NCBI GenBank assembly: GCA_002269645.1
Contig: NIVC01000563.1
Coordinates: 1-64,000, forward strand
Length of the DNA stretch: 64,000 nucleotides
From: Macrostomum lignano
Lineage: Eukaryota
Reading direction: 5' to 3'
Positions 59,401 through 64,000 of the stretch are shown here, in pieces (the stretch's first letter is position 1; each line of letters begins with the position of its first letter). The notes under the pieces were generated by a model. The model was not told where the DNA came from. It was given only the letters and a program-made list of their open reading frames with translations, and made no database searches. The translations under genes and the position numbers were made by a program.

Positions 59401-59939
59401 ATCAATCTGCTTAAATTTTTGTCATCAATCAGCTCACATTTGTGTCATCAATCTGCTCACATTTGTGTCATCAATCTACTCACATTTGTGTCATCAATCT
59501 GCTTAAATTTTTGTCATCAATCTGCTCACATTTGTGTCATCAATCTGCTTAAATTTTTGTCATCAATCTGCTCACATTTGTGTCATCAATCTACTCACAT
59601 TTGTGTCATCAATCTGCTCACATTTGTGTCATCAATCTACTCACATTTGTGTCATCAATCTGCTCACATTTGTGTCATCAATCTACTCACATTTGTGTCA
59701 TCAATCTGCAGGTATTCATAGGCGTCAATGACATCGGCCTGCACCTGCTTGGCGACCCCAGCAAGCGCTTCCTATACTCGTTTCACTATCCGAACTTTAA
59801 CTGGTCGGAGATCGCGCCAGACACTCTGGAAGTTCGCGGCACCACAAAATCTGGCGAGACGACGCCTATGAGACTGCTGTCCCGGCAAGTGTCCATCATC
59901 TGCGGCCTTTTAGACAACTTGTCTGCTCAGTCGTTTTGA
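53495..59939 (+). CDS. KRIT1: Krev interaction trapped protein 1 (CCM1) orthologue; 4 exons (53495-54657, 56131-56662, 58416-58805, 59712-59939), ~770 aa
   Basis: N-terminal Nudix-like region, ankyrin repeats (LPLHQVV; WNALHYAAWYGH; RTALHLAVLSG; GLTPLELC), FERM domain (FTLWVCSQNLRLQLKPMHKP..DPKLFLRR; FFTGQ; VFIGVNDIGLHLL). Junction phases consistent. Confidence 0.93.
54745..56045. repeat. Two adjacent minisatellites in KRIT1 intron 1 (34-bp, 54745-55420; ~36-42-bp G-run unit, 55420-56045)
   Basis: gtcagtgtaacaggaggagcggatcctgagttgg; ggatcctgttgaggctgtagctagagttgggggagggggc. Confidence 0.96.
56740..58372. repeat. 34-bp minisatellite, ~47 copies, KRIT1 intron 2
   Basis: ttccttgttgacagaaatccccctgagcaggcag. 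Confidence 0.97.
58856..59711. repeat. 23-bp minisatellite, KRIT1 intron 3, ending at the splice acceptor
   Basis: ttgtgtcatcaatctgctcacat; last copy reads tgtgtcatcaatctgcag|GTATTC. Confidence 0.97.
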
Positions 59940-60489
59940 TTTATAAATCACATTTGTGCCTGTGCTTGCGTACCTTTGCGTCTTTCTATGTAATTTTTGC
60001 TTGATTGCTTTTCATTGTCATTCGGCACAACAGTTGGCCATTTGGTTCCAATATTCGAATTCGCATTTAGTTCTGCGTGTATCAATCATTCCATTGCTGA
60101 GTTGATGCCAGCGGGGATAATTTGGATGACAAGGTCCAGCGCAGTCTCTCGTGGTTTTTCATAACAATGCCGTTCTGATGCGATTGATGGGATGCTCAAG
60201 CGATGGGGAAGAAGTGTGCTGCTACAGGTGTGGACTATGTGTTGAGAAGGCTGGCAATGTTTTTATAAGCACTAACCATCGCTTTTTATATTCGTTGCCA
60301 CTTTCACTGCAAGAGTATCGGTGACATTGCGATGGTTTTTCAAGCATAACTTTGTATGGAATGACTAAAACATATGCTATTAAATTTATTAGAACGAAGA
60401 AATGTACCGCTTCTAACTGACACCAAAGTTGTGTCTGCAGCTGCATCCGTTTCTGCTCTGAGATTAAGTGTCCGAACTTTCCGGACACC

Positions 60490-61240
60490 CACGCTTTTGG
60501 GCCAGCCTCCAAGATCCTCAATTGCTGATCCGTCATCCCAGAATGTCAGTTGCTGGGCCAGCCTCCCAAATCCTCAGTTGCTGGGCCAACCTCCTAGATC
60601 GTCAGTTGCTAGGCCATCCTCCCAGATCTTAAGCTGCTGGGCCAGCCTCCCAGATCCTCAGTTGCTGGGCCAGCCTCCCAGAGTGTCAATTGCTGGGCCA
60701 GTCTCCCCAGAGTGTCAATTGCTGGGCCAGCCTCCCTGATCCTCAGTTGCTGGGCCAGTCTCCCCAGAGTGTCAATTGCTGGGCCAGTCTCCCCAGAGTG
60801 TCAATTGCTGGGCCAGCCTCCCTGATCCTCAGTTGCTGGGCCAGTCTCCCCAGAGTGTCAATTGCTGGGCCAGTCTCCCCAGAGTGTCAATTGCTGGGCC
60901 AGCCTCCCTGATCCTCAGTTGCTGGGCCAGTCTCCCCAGAGTGTCAATTGCTGGGCCAGTCTCCCCAGAGTGTCAATTGCTGGGCCAGTCTCCCCAGAGT
61001 GTCAATTGCTGGGCCAGTCTCCCCAGAGTGTCAATTGCTGGGCCAGTCTCCCAGATCCTCAGTTGCTGGGCCAGCCTCCCAGATCCTCAGTTGCTGGGCC
61101 AGCCTCCCAGATCCTCAGTTGCTGGGCCAGCCTCCCAGATCCTCAGTTGCTGGGCCAGCCTTCCAGATCCTCAGTTGCTGGGCCAGCCTCCCAGATCCTC
61201 AGTTGCTGGGCCAGCCTCCCAGATCCTCAGTTGCTGGGCC
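60490..61240. repeat. 27-28-bp minisatellite between KRIT1 and MED21
   Basis: cctcccagatcctcagttgctgggccag and variant ctccccagagtgtcaattgctgggccag. Confidence 0.96.
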
Positions 61241-61789
61241 GTAGCCGCACTCTCAACGTTTGGCCTTACTCGGCCAAAACAACTTAATAGGCTACTGAGC
61301 TATTCCTGCAGCTTCCTTGATTTCAGATTTAGATTTAAAGCTCATTTTTGCTATGCTTGCGCTGGTATAAAATGTTAATCCTGATTAAACATTTTGTATT
61401 TGGATGTTTATATGCACACTATATACACGCAATAAGGCAAATATTTGTATATTCACTGTTTAATCAATAAAAACTTTAAGCATTCCTATTAAAAAAAAAA
61501 CGATTTTTTTATTCGGTTTGTCCAATTTCGTGCTGTATTGATTTTCAGTTATTTTTTCATATTCAAATTAGATTTTCCTTTCGTGTGTGTGACTAGTCAA
61601 TGAGAAGACCGTGCTATTAATAAGGTAGAGAATTGTTCTTTTACTGGAGATAAATTGTGACAGTGCTCGGGTTGTAACAGAGTAGAGACAGGTGATAGTG
61701 GTGATAGTTGGTCACAGGTGCTGACAGGGGGTGAAGACGAGAGCTAATATGGCAGACAGGAGTTGCCGTGTAAACATAGGTGGTTGCAA

Positions 61790-62165
61790 GATAGAGGCAT
61801 GGCAGAGAACAGGTGCTGACAGGGTAGAGACAGGTGCTGACAGGGCAGAGAACAGGTGCTGACAGGGCAGAGAACAGGTGCTGACAGGGCAGAGAACAGG
61901 TTGCAGGTGCTGACAGGGTAGAGACAGGTTCTGACAGTGTAGAGACAGTTGCTGACAAGTGCTGACAGGGTAGAGACAGGTTCTGACAGGGCAGAGACAG
62001 GTGCTGACAGGAGGTGCTGACAGGGTAGAGACAGGTTCTGACAGGGCAGAGACAGGTGCTGACAGGAGGTGCTGACAGGGTAGAGACAGGTGCTGACAGG
62101 GCAGAGACAGGTACTGACAGGGTAGAGACAGGTGCTGACAGGGTAGAGACAGGTGCTGACATGGC
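61790..62165. repeat. ~21-bp minisatellite just upstream of MED21
   Basis: ggtgctgacagggtagagaca. Confidence 0.95.
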
Positions 62166-62203
62166 ATGCGACTGAACCGCCACCTGCACACAATTATCAG
62201 GCT

Positions 62204-62659
62204 ATGGCGGACCGCCTGACGGAGCTGCAGGACGCGGTGAACTCGCAGGCGGACAATCTGTACAATGCGCTGGGCATTCTGCTCCAGACCGCCCAGCCGT
62301 CGCCGTTTCCCGGCGTTGGCGGAGCGAATCGAACTGGCGCAGCGGCCGGCAATCCGGCGCCAGGCGGTGTGGATCACGCCAGATTCTTTGCCGAGCAGAT
62401 CACTCGAACAGCGCAGACTATCGTGGCCCTAATTGACTCCCTGCCGGGACCAGAGGCCTACAGAGCCGATTCGAATAGTAAGCGAATGGCCGAACTTGAA
62501 GAAGAGAATCATCGCCTCGGTCGGCGTCTGATTGAAGTTGTCGATCAGCTGGAAGCTCGACTGCGTCGGGTTCGGGCTTGCCTAACCGACATTGCTCAGG
62601 TGCAGTTGCGATGCGGCGCTATGGAGTCTGCGCTGCTGCTCCATCAGGAGTACAATTGA
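62204..62659 (+). CDS. MED21: Mediator of RNA polymerase II transcription subunit 21 (Srb7), 151 aa, uninterrupted CDS
   Basis: MADRLTELQDAVNSQADNLYNALGILLQTAQP..FAEQITRTAQTIVALIDSLPG..MAELEEEN..EARLRRVRACLTDIAQVQL. Confidence 0.93.
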   Translation: MADRLTELQDAVNSQADNLYNALGILLQTAQPSPFPGVGGANRTGAAAGNPAPGGVDHARFFAEQITRTAQTIVALIDSLPGPEAYRADSNSKRMAELEEENHRLGRRLIEVVDQLEARLRRVRACLTDIAQVQLRCGAMESALLLHQEYN

Positions 62660-63184
62660 TGAGCCGGTGTCTGGTTGAAATTTCACTGCTTTTATTATGG
62701 TTCTATACACTGAGCTTCAAAATTGTTATCTCCACTCTCCTCTCCTCTCCCCCTGTTCTAAAGGTTCATCAAGAAACTTCTGTAAGTACCTCGATCTACG
62801 AGAAAACCTGAAGGCCCCTTTAAAGCTGGCCTTTGTAGATACCTAGGCCTGAACGCTCCTTCTGAAGCATCTAAAGGGTGTCTCTAGAATCCAAAGGTTA
62901 CTTACAACTTTCCAGCGTCATATAATCAATCAGTTTAGCAGTGAGCGAATACTTATGCTGAATTATGTTGTTATTTCCATCCGTTCCTCACGACCTTTTG
63001 AATGAATGTTGGCTCGTTTCATTCGTATTGCAAAGTAGCTTTGATTCATTTTAGCATTTTGTAAATTGTGTCTGACTAGTTAAATATATGCCAATATGCC
63101 GGCTTTTTCTGTACTTTTATACTTTCCTGTCCTTGTTATTCTATCTGTAACGAGGCACTTATTTACGTAACTAGTACATAGGTT

Positions 63185-63790
63185 AGGTTAGATTTGTGAC
63201 TCAATCATAGGTTAGAGTGGCGACTCAATCATAGGCTAGAGTGGTGACTCAATCATAGGTTAGAGTGGTGACTCAATCATAGGTTAGAGTGGTGACTCAA
63301 TCATAGGTTAGAGTGGTGACTCAGTCATAGGTTAGAGTGGTGACTCAATCATAGGTTAGAGTGGTGACTCAATCATAGGTTAGAGTGGTGACTCAATCAT
63401 AGGTTAGAGTGGCGACTCAATCATAGGCTAGAGTGGTGACTCAATCATAGGTTAGAGTGGTGGCTCAATCATAGGTTAGAGTGATGACTCAATCATAGGT
63501 TAGAGTGGTGACTCAATCATAGGTTAGAGTGGTGACTCAATCATAGGTTAGAGTGGTGACTCAATCATAGGTTAGAGTGGCGACTCAATCATAGGCTAGA
63601 GTGGTGACTCAATCATAGGTTAGAGTGGTGACTCAATCATAGGTTAGAGTGATGACTCAATCATAGGTTAGAGTGATGACTCAATCATAGGTTAGAGTGG
63701 TGACTCAATCATAGGTTAGAGTGATGACTCAATCATAGGTTAGAGTGGCGACTCAATCATAGGCTAGAGTGGCGACTCAACTATAGGCTC
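63185..63790. repeat. 24-bp minisatellite, ~25 copies
   Basis: caatcataggttagagtggtgact. Confidence 0.97.
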
Positions 63791-63887
63791 AGTTTTGTCT
63801 ATTTAAATAGCGTTTGATTTTTGCCTGATTTTGTTATCCCTGTCATCAACAGTCGCTCGCTCCTACTTTCAGTAGAACAGCCAGATC

Positions 63888-64000
63888 ATGTACGGCCCCG
63901 AACCGCCGCCTGAATTTGTCGACCAGCCGCTTAGTCCACCATCCAGCTCGAAGTCGTCCTCGAAACCGGCCGCCGGCGAATCGTCCGAGGCCACCCCGGC
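63888..64000 (+). CDS. Start of an unidentified gene running off the window (MYGPEPPPEFVDQPLSPPSSSKSSSKPAAGESSEATP..)
   Basis: GC-rich open frame after the acceptor-like ctttcag (63871-63872); too short to identify. Confidence 0.5.
   Translation, partial: MYGPEPPPEFVDQPLSPPSSSKSSSKPAAGESSEATP

Noticed and set aside
58464-59721. Extension of KRIT1 exon 3 into a (CHQSAHICVINLLTFVSSICSHL)n zinc-finger-like ORF
   Set aside because: A GT donor at 58806 and in-frame resumption of FERM sequence at 59712 explain it as an intronic 23-bp array.
61641-62377. Minus-strand ORFs overlapping MED21 and its upstream array
   Set aside because: Repeat read-through plus antisense shadow of MED21.

Overview
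Eukaryotic (metazoan) genomic DNA. GC3-rich coding exons are separated by GT-AG introns, many of them inflated by intron-specific minisatellite arrays. This style resembles the flatworm Macrostomum lignano (inference only, not verified). Host genes reconstructed by hand with frame-consistent splice sites: a clan-2-like cytochrome P450 (-), sarcosine dehydrogenase (+, 8 exons), an LRRC74-like LRR/EF-hand protein (+), an orphan 4-TM protein (+), an orphan with a possible MULE/FAR1-type origin (-), TRABD (-), KRIT1/CCM1 (+), MED21 (+) and the start of one more gene at the right edge. Mobile DNA: a long-TIR Tc1/mariner derivative, a Ty3/Gypsy element (Mag-like) with a truncated 5' LTR fused to a Harbinger Myb/SANT ORF, hAT MITEs with 8-bp TSDs, a 2.6-kb hAT element splitting a LINE RNase H remnant, RTE and mariner fragments, tRNA/CORE SINEs, Helitron-like ends, a fold-back palindromic MITE (2 copies) and a spliced Ulp1-protease/PHD remnant between inverted 167-bp repeats. 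No rRNA, true tRNA or CRISPR array was found. The most interesting leads are the relation of the intronic arrays to splice signals (especially the KRIT1 acceptor-plus-stop array), the anchor-less P450 and the possible domesticated MULE gene. All comparisons to known proteins are from memory; no searches were run.
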